Assembly (NCBI GenBank): GCA_964500395.1 | Contig: CAZCOO010000005.1 | Span: 1 to 39,024, forward strand | Length of the DNA stretch: 39,024 nt | Source: an uncultured Verrucomicrobiota bacterium | GTDB taxonomy: Bacteria; Verrucomicrobiota; Kiritimatiellia; CAZCOO01 | Reading direction: 5' to 3' | Shown here: positions 21,947-33,689 of the stretch, one piece after another | Numbering within the stretch: the stretch's first letter is position 1 | Layout: every line of letters begins with the position of its first letter | Program-made: the position numbers and the translations under genes | Notes under the pieces: generated by a model | Told to the model about the DNA's origin: nothing | Databases searched by the model: none | What the model saw: only the letters and a program-made list of their open reading frames with translations

Positions 21947-24547
21947 ATGGCCGAGTATCCTGAAACAAGCGCAAATGTTGCGGGCCGTCCTTCACGGTCG
22001 ACGGATCCCCTTCCCTCCCCCCAACGGATTCTCGTCCTCGATGACGACCGGCACATCCGCCGCATCATGCGGCGGCGGTTGCGGGAATCCGGATGCGATG
22101 TGACCACTGTAGCCAACGGACGTGAAGGATTGCAAGCCCTCCTTCGCGATGACTACGATGTTGCCGTCGTCGACCTCCGCATGCAGGAAATGGACGGCAT
22201 GGCCTTTGTCCAGGAGGCCCTGAAGATCTGGCCGTGGCTTCAGATTATCATCTGCAGCGGGTACCTCGATGAGGACGTCATCCGCCAGGCGGAGGCCCTG
22301 GGCGTATCGCATGTGCTGTCCAAGCCGGTGGAGTACGATTCATTCGCGGCCCTGGTACGACGCCTGGCAGAGACATCGAAATCCGAGGGCGCTCGGGGCC
22401 GCCATCCCCCGGAACGGCTGCAGCAGCAGCTTCGGCTTCTCCGGCAGATTACCGAATCCGGTCTTCATGAACGAAACCTGCCCGCCGCCCTCAACCGGTT
22501 GGGAGACGGGCTGACCCAGCTACTCCCCGCCGATCTGCTGGGCATCCTGGTCACGGAAAACTCGGACTGCACGCTGTTCCTTCGGCCCCACCGCATCCCG
22601 GAGCCGCACCATATTTCCGATATCAAATCTCACATGTCGAATCGGTACCAGGCGCTCAGCGGCGAGCCCCTGCCCCTTCATTACATGCAACTGGACATCA
22701 AGCCGGCACGGGTCGAGGAGGAGTCCGATATTGAGCAGTTCGGAACCATTGTGTCGGTCCCCATCATCTCCGACGACCAGGTCCACGGGCTGATCACCCT
22801 GTGCTCGGGCGAGGCCGACGCCTACTCGCCTTCCGATATTGCCTTTCTCTACCAGACGTCCAACCAGCTCTCGACCATCCTCGTCGCCCTCGGGGAAATC
22901 CGGAGCATGGCCATTCGGGACAGCCTCACGGGCCTCTACAACCGGCGCCATCTGGACGAACAGCTCGAGCGCATGTGGCTGCTCTCCCGGCGCTATCACC
23001 ACCCCATGGCCGTGCTGGCGGTGGATCTCGACCATTTCAAGGACATCAATGACTCGCTCGGCCATGCCGTAGGCGATGAGGTGATCAAGGAATTTGCCGA
23101 CCTGCTCAAGACCGAAACCCGGGCCTCCGACATCCTCGCCCGGCACGGAGGCGATGAGTTTTTGATCGTCCTCTCGCAGGCCAATGTAGAGGAAGCGGAA
23201 GGGCTGGCCACGCGGATGCTGGAGAAGGTCCGCGAGCATCCGTTCCTGTCGCAGGACCACTCCCTGGCGCTCACCGCCTCGATCGGCGTCGCCCTGTACC
23301 GGCCGGAGCGGGGCGCGCTGTCGCATGAAGACCTGGTGCATCAGGCCGACCAGGCGCTCTACCTCGCCAAACAGGAAGGGCGCAACCGGATGGCCGTGTA
23401 CCGCACCGAGCACGATGCCCCGGTGGAAGAGGAGCCCGTCGAGTCGCCGGAAACGGACCCGCCCCCGGAACGATCCCGCTCGAGCGTGAAGGCCCGCGTT
23501 CTGGTCGTGGACGACGAGGCCAGCGTCATCCGCATTCTTCATCGCATGTTGGTGCGCGAGGGGTACGACATCCTGTCGGCTCAGTCTGTGGAGGAGGCCA
23601 TTCCCCTGCTGCAGGAGCACCGGGGCCATATCGATATATTGCTCACGGATCTCGCCCTCCCCACGAGCGACGGGTTCGAAATGCTTCGCCAGGCGCAGGA
23701 GCGGGATCCCCGCATGGTCCGGATCGTGATCAGCGGCTACGTCACCGCCGACAATGCCATTTCCGCGCTGCGCCACGGCGCCTACGACTTCGTGCAGAAG
23801 CCCTTCGTGCGCGAACAGCTCCTGGCCCAGCTCGACCGCGCCCTGGAGTATCGAACCCTGCTGCGGGAAAACGACCTCTACCGCAATCACCTGGAGGACA
23901 TGATCCGGGCCAAGAGCGCCGAGGTCACCACGGCCCTGAACCAGATCAAAACCTCCTATGAATTTACCCTGGAAACGATGGTGGCCATGCTGGATGCGCG
24001 GGAGTACGAGACCAGCCGGCACAGTCTGCGGGTGCGGGAACTCACGGAAGTGCTGGCACGCCACATGGGCATCGAGCCCCCCGAACTCGACGATATCGCC
24101 CGCGGCGCCCTGTTGCACGACATCGGGAAAATCGGGATCCCGGATGCCATCCTTCAGAAGCCCGGCCAACTGACCCCGGAAGAGTGGGACACCATGAAGC
24201 GCCATCCGGAAATCGGCTACCGGTTTCTGAAATCGAGCCCCTTCCTCAAGGACTCGGCCGAGATTGTGCTCTCCCACCATGAGAAGTACAGCGGGGGCGG
24301 CTATCCCCGGGGGCTCAAGGGGACGGACATCTGCCTCGGGGCCCGCATCTTTTCCGTGATCGATGCCTACGATGCGATCCGCTCCCCGCGGGTGTACAAA
24401 CCGTCGCTGCCGCGGGAACAGGCCGAACAGGAAATCCGCTCTCAATCCGGCAAGCAGTTCGACCCCGATGTCGTGGACGCATTCCTCTCCATCATTCCGG
24501 AGATCGAGCGGCGCGGGCAGTGGAGCGACTCCGGCCTGCAGACCTGA
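21947..24547 (+). CDS. Hybrid response regulator REC-GAF-GGDEF-REC-HD-GYP (c-di-GMP synthase plus phosphodiesterase)
   Basis: REC1 is RILVLDDD..DVAVVDLRMQEMDG..SKP. A GAF-like segment spans about aa 170-320. The GGDEF domain has an I-site (RASD, then 5 aa, then GGDEF at nt 23147..23161). REC2 is RVLVVDDE..DILLTDLALPTSDG..QKPF. The HD-GYP domain has LLHDIGKIGIPD and HHEKYSGGGYPRGL. Confidence 0.88.
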   Translation: MAEYPETSANVAGRPSRSTDPLPSPQRILVLDDDRHIRRIMRRRLRESGCDVTTVANGREGLQALLRDDYDVAVVDLRMQEMDGMAFVQEALKIWPWLQIIICSGYLDEDVIRQAEALGVSHVLSKPVEYDSFAALVRRLAETSKSEGARGRHPPERLQQQLRLLRQITESGLHERNLPAALNRLGDGLTQLLPADLLGILVTENSDCTLFLRPHRIPEPHHISDIKSHMSNRYQALSGEPLPLHYMQLDIKPARVEEESDIEQFGTIVSVPIISDDQVHGLITLCSGEADAYSPSDIAFLYQTSNQLSTILVALGEIRSMAIRDSLTGLYNRRHLDEQLERMWLLSRRYHHPMAVLAVDLDHFKDINDSLGHAVGDEVIKEFADLLKTETRASDILARHGGDEFLIVLSQANVEEAEGLATRMLEKVREHPFLSQDHSLALTASIGVALYRPERGALSHEDLVHQADQALYLAKQEGRNRMAVYRTEHDAPVEEEPVESPETDPPPERSRSSVKARVLVVDDEASVIRILHRMLVREGYDILSAQSVEEAIPLLQEHRGHIDILLTDLALPTSDGFEMLRQAQERDPRMVRIVISGYVTADNAISALRHGAYDFVQKPFVREQLLAQLDRALEYRTLLRENDLYRNHLEDMIRAKSAEVTTALNQIKTSYEFTLETMVAMLDAREYETSRHSLRVRELTEVLARHMGIEPPELDDIARGALLHDIGKIGIPDAILQKPGQLTPEEWDTMKRHPEIGYRFLKSSPFLKDSAEIVLSHHEKYSGGGYPRGLKGTDICLGARIFSVIDAYDAIRSPRVYKPSLPREQAEQEIRSQSGKQFDPDVVDAFLSIIPEIERRGQWSDSGLQT

Positions 24548-24554
24548 GCGGGGT

Positions 24555-27240
<2,686 letters not shown>

Positions 27241-27251
<11 letters not shown>

Positions 27252-28842
27252 TGCGTTCGCCATCCTTGTGCTGGGTCTCATCCAGAAAGAGCTTGTATTC
27301 CACGCTGTCGACCAGCGCCTCCCAGGACGCCTCGATAATATTTTCCGAAACCCCGACCGTGCTCCAGCGATTGGGCCCGTCGCTCGACTCGATGAGCACC
27401 CGGGTGCGGGCCGCGGTGTGCTCTTCCGGGTCCAGAATGCGCACCCGGTAGTCGGTGAGGACGACATCGGCGATCTGCGGGTAAAAGCGGGTCAGGGCCT
27501 TGCGCAGGGCCGTATCCAGGGCATTGACGGGACCGTCCCCTTCCCCCGCCATATGCTCCTGTTCGCCATCCACGTTGAGCTTGATGGTCGCCTCCGTCAG
27601 GGACGGGTCTTCCGGCCCCCGCTTTTCCACGATGACGCGAAACCCTTCCAGGTTGAAAAACGGTCGATGGGCCCGGAGGACTTTCTGGATCAGAATCTTG
27701 AAGGAGGCCTCCGCCGCCTCGAACTCGTACCCCTCCTTTTCCAGCCGCTCCAGCTCGCTCAAGACCTGCCGCACCTCGGGCGAGGATTTATCCATCTTCA
27801 GCCCCATCTCCGCGGCCTTCATGAACACATTGCTGCCCCCGGACAGCTCGGAGATCAGGATCCGGCGTTCGCTGCCGACCTGCTGCGGGTCCACATGTTC
27901 GAAGCTGTGGGGATTCTTCCGCACCCCGTCCACATGCATCCCCGCCTTGTGGGCAAAGGCGCTGTCCCCCACAAAGGGAAGCTTCTTATTGGGCCGGTGG
28001 TTGCTCAGTTCATCGACCACGCGGGAGACGGACTTCAGCTTGGTCAGCCGCTCCGGGTCGTCGAGGCAGGTCATATCCATCTTCAGCACGATATTGGGAA
28101 TGATGGAGCAGAGATTGGCATTGCCGCATCGCTCCCCGTACCCGTTGATCGTGCCCTGCACGTGCACGGCCCCGGCGCGCAGAGCGGCCAGGGAATTGGC
28201 CACTCCGCATTCGGAGTCGTTGTGGGAGTGAATGCCCAGGGGGGTGTCGAGCCGGCCGCCGACTTCTTCTGTAACACGGGCGATGTCGTGGGGCAGCGTT
28301 CCCCCGTTGGTATCGCACAGGACGAGCCGGTCGGCGCCGCCCCGGGCCGCGGCCTCGAGGGTCCCGATCGCATACGCCGGGTTGTCCCCGTAGCCGTCAA
28401 AGAAGTGCTCGGCGTCGTAGATCACCTCCCGGCCCTGTTCCTTCAGGAACCGGACCGAATCCTCGATCATGGCGAGGTTTTCTTCGTCCGTGGTCTTCAG
28501 CACCTCGTGCACGTGCAGCAACCAACTCTTGCCGAAGATGGTCACCACCGGCGTCCCGGCCTGTACCAGGGCCTGCAAACCCTTGTCCTGGTGCGGCTGG
28601 ATCCGGGCCCGGCGGGTACTTCCGAAGGCGGCAATCCGGGCGTGTCGCAGCGGCTCCTTCTGCATGCTCTGGAAGAAGGCCAGATCTTTGGGGTTCGACG
28701 CGGCAAAGCCGCCCTCGATGTAGTCGACCCCCATGTCATCGAGAATCCTGGCGATGCGGATCTTCCCGCCGATGGAAAACGACACCCCTTCCCCCTGGGC
28801 GCCGTCCCGCAATGTCGTGTCATAGATCTCGATGCGCTTCAT
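27241..28842 (-). CDS. cimA: (R)-citramalate synthase (2-isopropylmalate synthase family, long form)
   Basis: MKRIEIYDTTLRDGAQGEGVSF..YIEGGFAASNPKD..AAFGSTRRA..LCDTNGG..HSHNDSECGVANSLAA..GTINGYGERCGNANLC, plus a C-terminal LeuA-dimer-like regulatory domain. It is close to CimA sequences such as the Geobacter type as I recall them. Confidence 0.85.
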
Positions 28843-28906
28843 GGTCTGTCCTCGCAATCTGCTCGCGGAGGGGCCGGGCCCGATGCGCCCTTCCCGTTGC
28901 GCGTTC

Positions 28907-30133
28907 TCAGTCGTCCCCGATCATCTCCAGCTCAAAGGTGTCGTGAAGGATCCGGGTGGCTTGCTCCGCATGCTCCTTATCGATCACAACCGAGATTTTG
29001 ATTTCCGAGGTGGAGATCATTTCGATATTGATGTTGTTCTTTGCCAGCGCATCGAATACCCGGAAGGCAATGCCGGAATGGCTGCGCATCCCGACGCCCA
29101 CCACGCTGACCTTGGCCATGTCGTCATCGTAGAAGACCCCCTTGGCCTTGATCTCTTTCAGGAGCTTGTCCATGGCATCCCGCGTCCACTGCAGATCGCT
29201 TTCGGGCACGGTGAAGGACATGTTGGTCACACCCTCTTCGCTGACGTTCTGGACAATCATATCCACGTTGATATTGGCCGCGGAGAGCTCCTTGAAGATC
29301 AGGGCGGCGATTCCGGGTTCATCCGGCACGCTCTGGATGGTGACTTTGACCTGACTTTTATCCGCGGCGACACCGCGTACGACAATCTCTTCCATGTTTT
29401 CCACCTCTTCTTTTACAATGGTTCCGGGTTCAAAGGTAAAGCTGGAGAGCACTTCCAGTTCCACGCCAAACTTCTTCGCGAACTCGACGGCGCGGGACTG
29501 GAGGACCTTGGCGCCGAGACTGGCGAGTTCCAGCATTTCATCGTAGGAGATTTCCGCCAGCTTCCTCGCGTTGGGCACGGCGCGGGGATCGGCCGTGTAC
29601 ACGCCGTCCACATCGGTATAGATCTGGCAGCGATCGGCCTGTACCGCCGCCGCCATCGCCACCGCCGAGGTGTCCGATCCGCCCCGCCCGAGGGTGGCGA
29701 TATCCTGGGTGGGGGTCAACCCCTGGAAGCCGGCCACGATCACCACATTGCCCTCGTCCAAATTGGCCTTGAGGCGGTCGGGATTGATCCCCGTGATCTT
29801 CGCCTTGGTGTGGAAGACATCGGTGGTGATCCCGGCCTGGGGGCCGGTCATGGAAACCGCTTCCACGCCCATGTTGTGCAGGGCCATGGCCAGTATGGCC
29901 ACGGAGATCTGTTCGCCGGAGGAGAGCAGCATATCCATCTCCCGTTCGTCGGGCTCCGACGTCACTTCCCGCGCCAGCGACACCAGGTTGTCGGTGGTCT
30001 TCCCCATGGCGCTGACCACGACCACCACCTGGTGGCCGTCGTCCACCGCCTGCTTGATTCGGCCGGCCACGCGCTTCATACATTCCGCGTCGGCAACCGA
30101 ACTGCCTCCGTATTTTTGCACAAACAACGCCAC
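28907..30133 (-). CDS. lysC: Aspartate kinase
   Basis: MALFVQKYGGSSVA..VVVVSAMGKTTD..GGSDTSAVA.., followed by two ACT domains. The GTG start overlaps the upstream TAG by 1 nt. Confidence 0.92.
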   Translation of the reverse strand: MALFVQKYGGSSVADAECMKRVAGRIKQAVDDGHQVVVVVSAMGKTTDNLVSLAREVTSEPDEREMDMLLSSGEQISVAILAMALHNMGVEAVSMTGPQAGITTDVFHTKAKITGINPDRLKANLDEGNVVIVAGFQGLTPTQDIATLGRGGSDTSAVAMAAAVQADRCQIYTDVDGVYTADPRAVPNARKLAEISYDEMLELASLGAKVLQSRAVEFAKKFGVELEVLSSFTFEPGTIVKEEVENMEEIVVRGVAADKSQVKVTIQSVPDEPGIAALIFKELSAANINVDMIVQNVSEEGVTNMSFTVPESDLQWTRDAMDKLLKEIKAKGVFYDDDMAKVSVVGVGMRSHSGIAFRVFDALAKNNINIEMISTSEIKISVVIDKEHAEQATRILHDTFELEMIGDD

Positions 30134-31326
30134 TACATCGTCCTCCTGAGTAATTGCCGGACCTCATCGGCACGCACATCACCGATGGATCCCGATGCAC
30201 ACATTCGTTCGTCCCAATGCGACACTGCGTCGGGCTCTACATCCTCTCCCGAGACCACCATGGGAACGTATCCCGGTTCGGGCCGGCCGGTTTCCGAGGA
30301 GACGAGGCTGTCCGTCGTCATCAACAGCCGCCAGGGCCGATAGGCGGACAGGACCGAAAGCATCGGCGCCAGAACCGATTGGTCCAGGCGTTCCAGCGCC
30401 CGCACCTTGTCGGCCCCCTCTGTCCCGTAGCGTCCCGGTTCCCGGGGCGCCTGCACGTAGAGCATCAAAATGTCCGATTGCCGCAAGAGTTCTACCAGCC
30501 GGGGTATTCTAAAGACCGGGCGGTCTGCTTCAAGCTCCTTCCACGGGTCCGCCACATCGAGTTGCTCCATGCCGGTCAGCACCGCCAGTCCCCGGGCCAG
30601 GGGGCTGCGGCTGACCATGACCCCCGGCTCGGGCAGCGTGGTCCGGACCGGATCGGGCATGGGCCCGCCTCCCCAGGGGAGGAGCGCATTCGCGGGGTTT
30701 TCTCCGAGATCGACCCGGACATCATTCGCCGGATGGGCCTCCAGCACCGCGCGCGACCGCTCCAGCAGGTCATGCAGGGTGTCGCGCCCGGATAGACCGG
30801 GCAGGAGTCGATCGATCGCCTCCCCCTCCCGGAGACCGGGGGGATCCCCCGCCGGAAGGTCCGTCCGCCCCTGCCGGTCCACCGCCAGGGCCGCGCCGCC
30901 CTCCAGCAGCACCAGGTCCCACCCCGCCTCTTTCCAGAGGGGGGCGAGGTCCTTCAACAGCATGCGGGTCTCTTCTTCGCGCAACCCCGGGGTGCGGCAG
31001 TCCGATAGAATGTCCCCGTCAAACGTGGCAAAATTGACGCGGTAGACCCACGTCCCCACGGGCAGGGACAACCCGAGACCCGCCGCTTCTACCGGCCCCC
31101 TGAAGAGTCCCCGGGTCTCCTCGCGCGAAATCCCCAGGTAGCGGGCGAGATACATCTCATTGCGCCATTCCCAGCCCTGCTTCACCGGGCCGATCCGGCC
31201 GGCGGCGCCGAGGGTGGCGAGACGGCTCGCCTCCGGGCAGACCGACACCTCCAGCGGCGTCCTGTCCCCGAGATCCGCGAGGGGACGGTCCGCGGCGCCC
31301 TCCCAGATGATCAGGATCCGTTTCAT
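30133..31326 (-). CDS. ApgM-family (archaeal-type cofactor-independent phosphoglycerate mutase-like, alkaline-phosphatase superfamily) protein with apparently degenerate metal/nucleophile residues
   Basis: MKRILIIWEGAADRPLADLGDRTPLEVS..FRGPVEAAGLGL..RVNFATFDG.. aligns by eye with the ApgM N-terminus (..ILLIGDGMADRPL..TPLE..). DG is replaced by EG, I see no GSD nucleophile motif, APREPGRYG stands where DEAGH is expected, and TTDS stands where GDH is expected. Confidence 0.65.
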   Translation of the reverse strand: MKRILIIWEGAADRPLADLGDRTPLEVSVCPEASRLATLGAAGRIGPVKQGWEWRNEMYLARYLGISREETRGLFRGPVEAAGLGLSLPVGTWVYRVNFATFDGDILSDCRTPGLREEETRMLLKDLAPLWKEAGWDLVLLEGGAALAVDRQGRTDLPAGDPPGLREGEAIDRLLPGLSGRDTLHDLLERSRAVLEAHPANDVRVDLGENPANALLPWGGGPMPDPVRTTLPEPGVMVSRSPLARGLAVLTGMEQLDVADPWKELEADRPVFRIPRLVELLRQSDILMLYVQAPREPGRYGTEGADKVRALERLDQSVLAPMLSVLSAYRPWRLLMTTDSLVSSETGRPEPGYVPMVVSGEDVEPDAVSHWDERMCASGSIGDVRADEVRQLLRRTM

Positions 31327-31452
31327 ACCCGGCGGGCCCGCTCCCCGTTCCGCGCACCGGCCCGGGTCCGGGAACGCGGGGGCGGCCTCCGTCCGTCATG
31401 TCGAGCTTGTCGAGACATCTCTGCCTCCCGGGGGTAGGATGCGGTTTGCGCC

Positions 31453-32751
31453 CTACAGGTCTTCAATCCTGTATCGCAGGGTGGACGCCCCGGCGATTTC
31501 CAGCGCGTCAATGTCCTGCAGGGCCGTCTGGATCAACGCCTCGGTCGTCGGCTGGGTGATAATAATGACGGGCACATAGTCGGATAACATTTTTTCCTTC
31601 TGCACAATCGAAGCGATGCTGACCCGGTTGTTCCCCAGGATCTGCGTCACCCATCCCAGGGCCCCCGGGTTGTCCTGCAGGGTCAACCGCAGGTAGTACC
31701 GGCTCTCAATATCGCCCAGGGCCCGGGGGCGGGTGTCGGGCGAGTGGTTCAGGAACGCGGGGACCCGCCCCATCGCGCCCGAGGCGATGTTGCGGGCGGC
31801 CTCGGCAATATCCCCGATCACCGCGCTCGCAGTGGGTTCCCGACCGGCTCCTTTTCCGTAATACATGGTTTCCCCGACGATATCGCCGTGCACCATCACG
31901 CTGTTGAATACCCCGTTGACCTTGGCCAGGAGATGGCTCTCCGGAATCAGCGTGGGCTGCACGCGGGCCTCGACCTGACCCTCGACCATCTTAATGACCG
32001 AAAGCAGTTTGATTCGGTACCCCAGGGACCGGGCAAAGGTGATGTCGATGGGGTCGATGTCGCGAATGCCCTCGATGGACAGATCGTCCATCCGCAACGG
32101 GAATCCGTACGCCAGCGAGGCCAGCACCGCGGTCTTGTGGGCGGTGTCGAAGCCGTCGATATCCAGGCCGGGCTCCGCCTCTGCATACCCCGCGGCCTGG
32201 GCATCCGACAACACGTCCCAGAAGGAGACGCCGGGCTCGGCCTCCATCCGGGTCAGGATATAATTGCAGGTGCCGTTCAGAATGCCGTAAATCGCCTCGA
32301 TGTGGTTTCCGATCAACCCCTCCCGCAGAGAGCGGATGATCGGGATCCCCCCCGCAACGCTCGCCTCGTAGAACAGGTCCGCATGGTTCTCTTCGGCCGC
32401 GGCGTAGAGTTCTTCTCCACGCTCCGCCAGCAGGGCCTTGTTTGCCGTCACCACGGATTTTCCGTTGCGCAGCGCGCTCAGAATCATATCCGCGGCCACG
32501 CCGGTTCCCCCGACCAGCTCCACCACAATCTGAATCTCGGGATCGTCGAGCACGGCATCGGCATCGTCGGTGAGCAGCTCGGGGTCGACCTCCATCCCCC
32601 GGTCATAGGCGAGATCTTTGTCAGCCACCCGCTTGAGATACAGGGGCAGATCGGTCCGGCGACGGATCAAATCGCCGTTTCGCAGCAATCCATCCACCAC
32701 CCCGGCCCCAACCGTGCCGAAACCGATGATTCCAACCCCGATGTTGTTCAT
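31453..32751 (-). CDS. hom: Homoserine dehydrogenase with C-terminal ACT domain
   Basis: MNNIGVGIIGFGTVGAGVV.., the NAD-binding fold, the catalytic region ..ASVAGGIPII..LNGTCNYIL.., and an ACT-like C-terminus (YYLRLTLQDNPGALG). Start at ATG 32751. Confidence 0.92.
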   Translation of the reverse strand: MNNIGVGIIGFGTVGAGVVDGLLRNGDLIRRRTDLPLYLKRVADKDLAYDRGMEVDPELLTDDADAVLDDPEIQIVVELVGGTGVAADMILSALRNGKSVVTANKALLAERGEELYAAAEENHADLFYEASVAGGIPIIRSLREGLIGNHIEAIYGILNGTCNYILTRMEAEPGVSFWDVLSDAQAAGYAEAEPGLDIDGFDTAHKTAVLASLAYGFPLRMDDLSIEGIRDIDPIDITFARSLGYRIKLLSVIKMVEGQVEARVQPTLIPESHLLAKVNGVFNSVMVHGDIVGETMYYGKGAGREPTASAVIGDIAEAARNIASGAMGRVPAFLNHSPDTRPRALGDIESRYYLRLTLQDNPGALGWVTQILGNNRVSIASIVQKEKMLSDYVPVIIITQPTTEALIQTALQDIDALEIAGASTLRYRIEDL

Positions 32752-32960
32752 GTGGCATGCCTCAATTCGTGAAAATGATACACATCCCGTCACTGGGAGC
32801 GGGCGATGCTACCGGTTCGCATAAGCGACGCAAGAAGATTCTCCCCGGCGGGTCGGCAAAAATGGGGAGGCGCGGCCGGCGGGATGACCGCCTGCGGGGG
32901 AGAGCCTTCCATTCGGGGGAGGCGCCGCTTCGCCCCGCCGCCGTTGCACCGCCCCCCGGC

Positions 32961-33605
32961 TCAGGCCGAGGGCGCCGGATCAACAGCGGCGCGCATGGCA
33001 GTCCGCAGCGTCTGGATCTCTACCGGCTTTTCCAGAATCCCGTTGATGGTGCCGTCGTTTCGCATCTCTTCGGGAATTTCGGAGGAAAAGCCCGTCATCA
33101 CCAGGACCCGGCAATCGGGGCGCATGCGCCGAATTTCCGACAGGGTCTGCAACCCGTGCTGCCCCGGCATGAGGAGGTCCAGCAGAACCACCTGGATGCC
33201 CTTGTTCTTGGTCAACAGGTGAAGCGCCTCGTACCCGGTTTCCGCTTCGTAAATCGCGGCATCCTGTCCGAGGGCCCGGGTCACCAGGGCACGGGACGAG
33301 GAATCGTCGTCCACAACCAGGACGGACACGCCTCCCGGTTTCGGGGCGTCTGCATCCGGCTTTCCCGGCCCCATTTTTTCGTCCGTACGGGCAAATTCCA
33401 ACAGGCTTTCCGGAACAAACATGCCGTTCGTCTGCATGAAATTGACCAGATCCGACGGGCGGATCAGGTTGGTCCGGCCGGGCGTAGTGTACGCCCCCAG
33501 TTTTCCCGAGCGCACCCACGTGTAGAGGGTGTTGCGGGACACACCACAAAACTTGGCGGCTTCGGGCACGGTGAGAAATTGCGGATGTTGATCAAAGCGT
33601 TTCAT
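32961..33605 (-). CDS. Response regulator with N-terminal excisionase/MerR-type HTH and C-terminal receiver domain
   Basis: The HTH is FLTVPEAAKFCGVSRNTLYTWVRSGKLGAY. The REC domain is VLVVDDDSSSR..VVLLDLLMPGQHG..VLVMTGFS..EKP. Start at ATG 33605, preceded by GGAGA. Confidence 0.75.
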   Translation of the reverse strand: MKRFDQHPQFLTVPEAAKFCGVSRNTLYTWVRSGKLGAYTTPGRTNLIRPSDLVNFMQTNGMFVPESLLEFARTDEKMGPGKPDADAPKPGGVSVLVVDDDSSSRALVTRALGQDAAIYEAETGYEALHLLTKNKGIQVVLLDLLMPGQHGLQTLSEIRRMRPDCRVLVMTGFSSEIPEEMRNDGTINGILEKPVEIQTLRTAMRAAVDPAPSA

Positions 33606-33630
33606 AACCATCTCCCCGGAGAAAAGAGCC

Positions 33631-33659
33631 ACCATATTCCAAAATGTAATGAATGGAAA
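33631..33659 (-). promoter_or_regulatory. Candidate sigma70-like promoter for the HTH-REC gene (TTTCCA-17 nt-TATGGT)
   Basis: It lies in the most AT-rich intergenic stretch of the window (33606-33689). Motif match only, and the promoter rules of this phylum are unknown to me. Confidence 0.25.
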
Positions 33660-33689
33660 GGAAAATTAAGAAATAATTTTTCGAGTGAT

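Noticed and set aside
31397-31420. Direct repeat GTCGAG-N3-GTCGAG within ATGTCGAGCTTGTCGAGACAT, upstream of the ApgM-like gene.
   Set aside because: It is a short, single occurrence with no second site or known motif. It cannot be told apart from chance.
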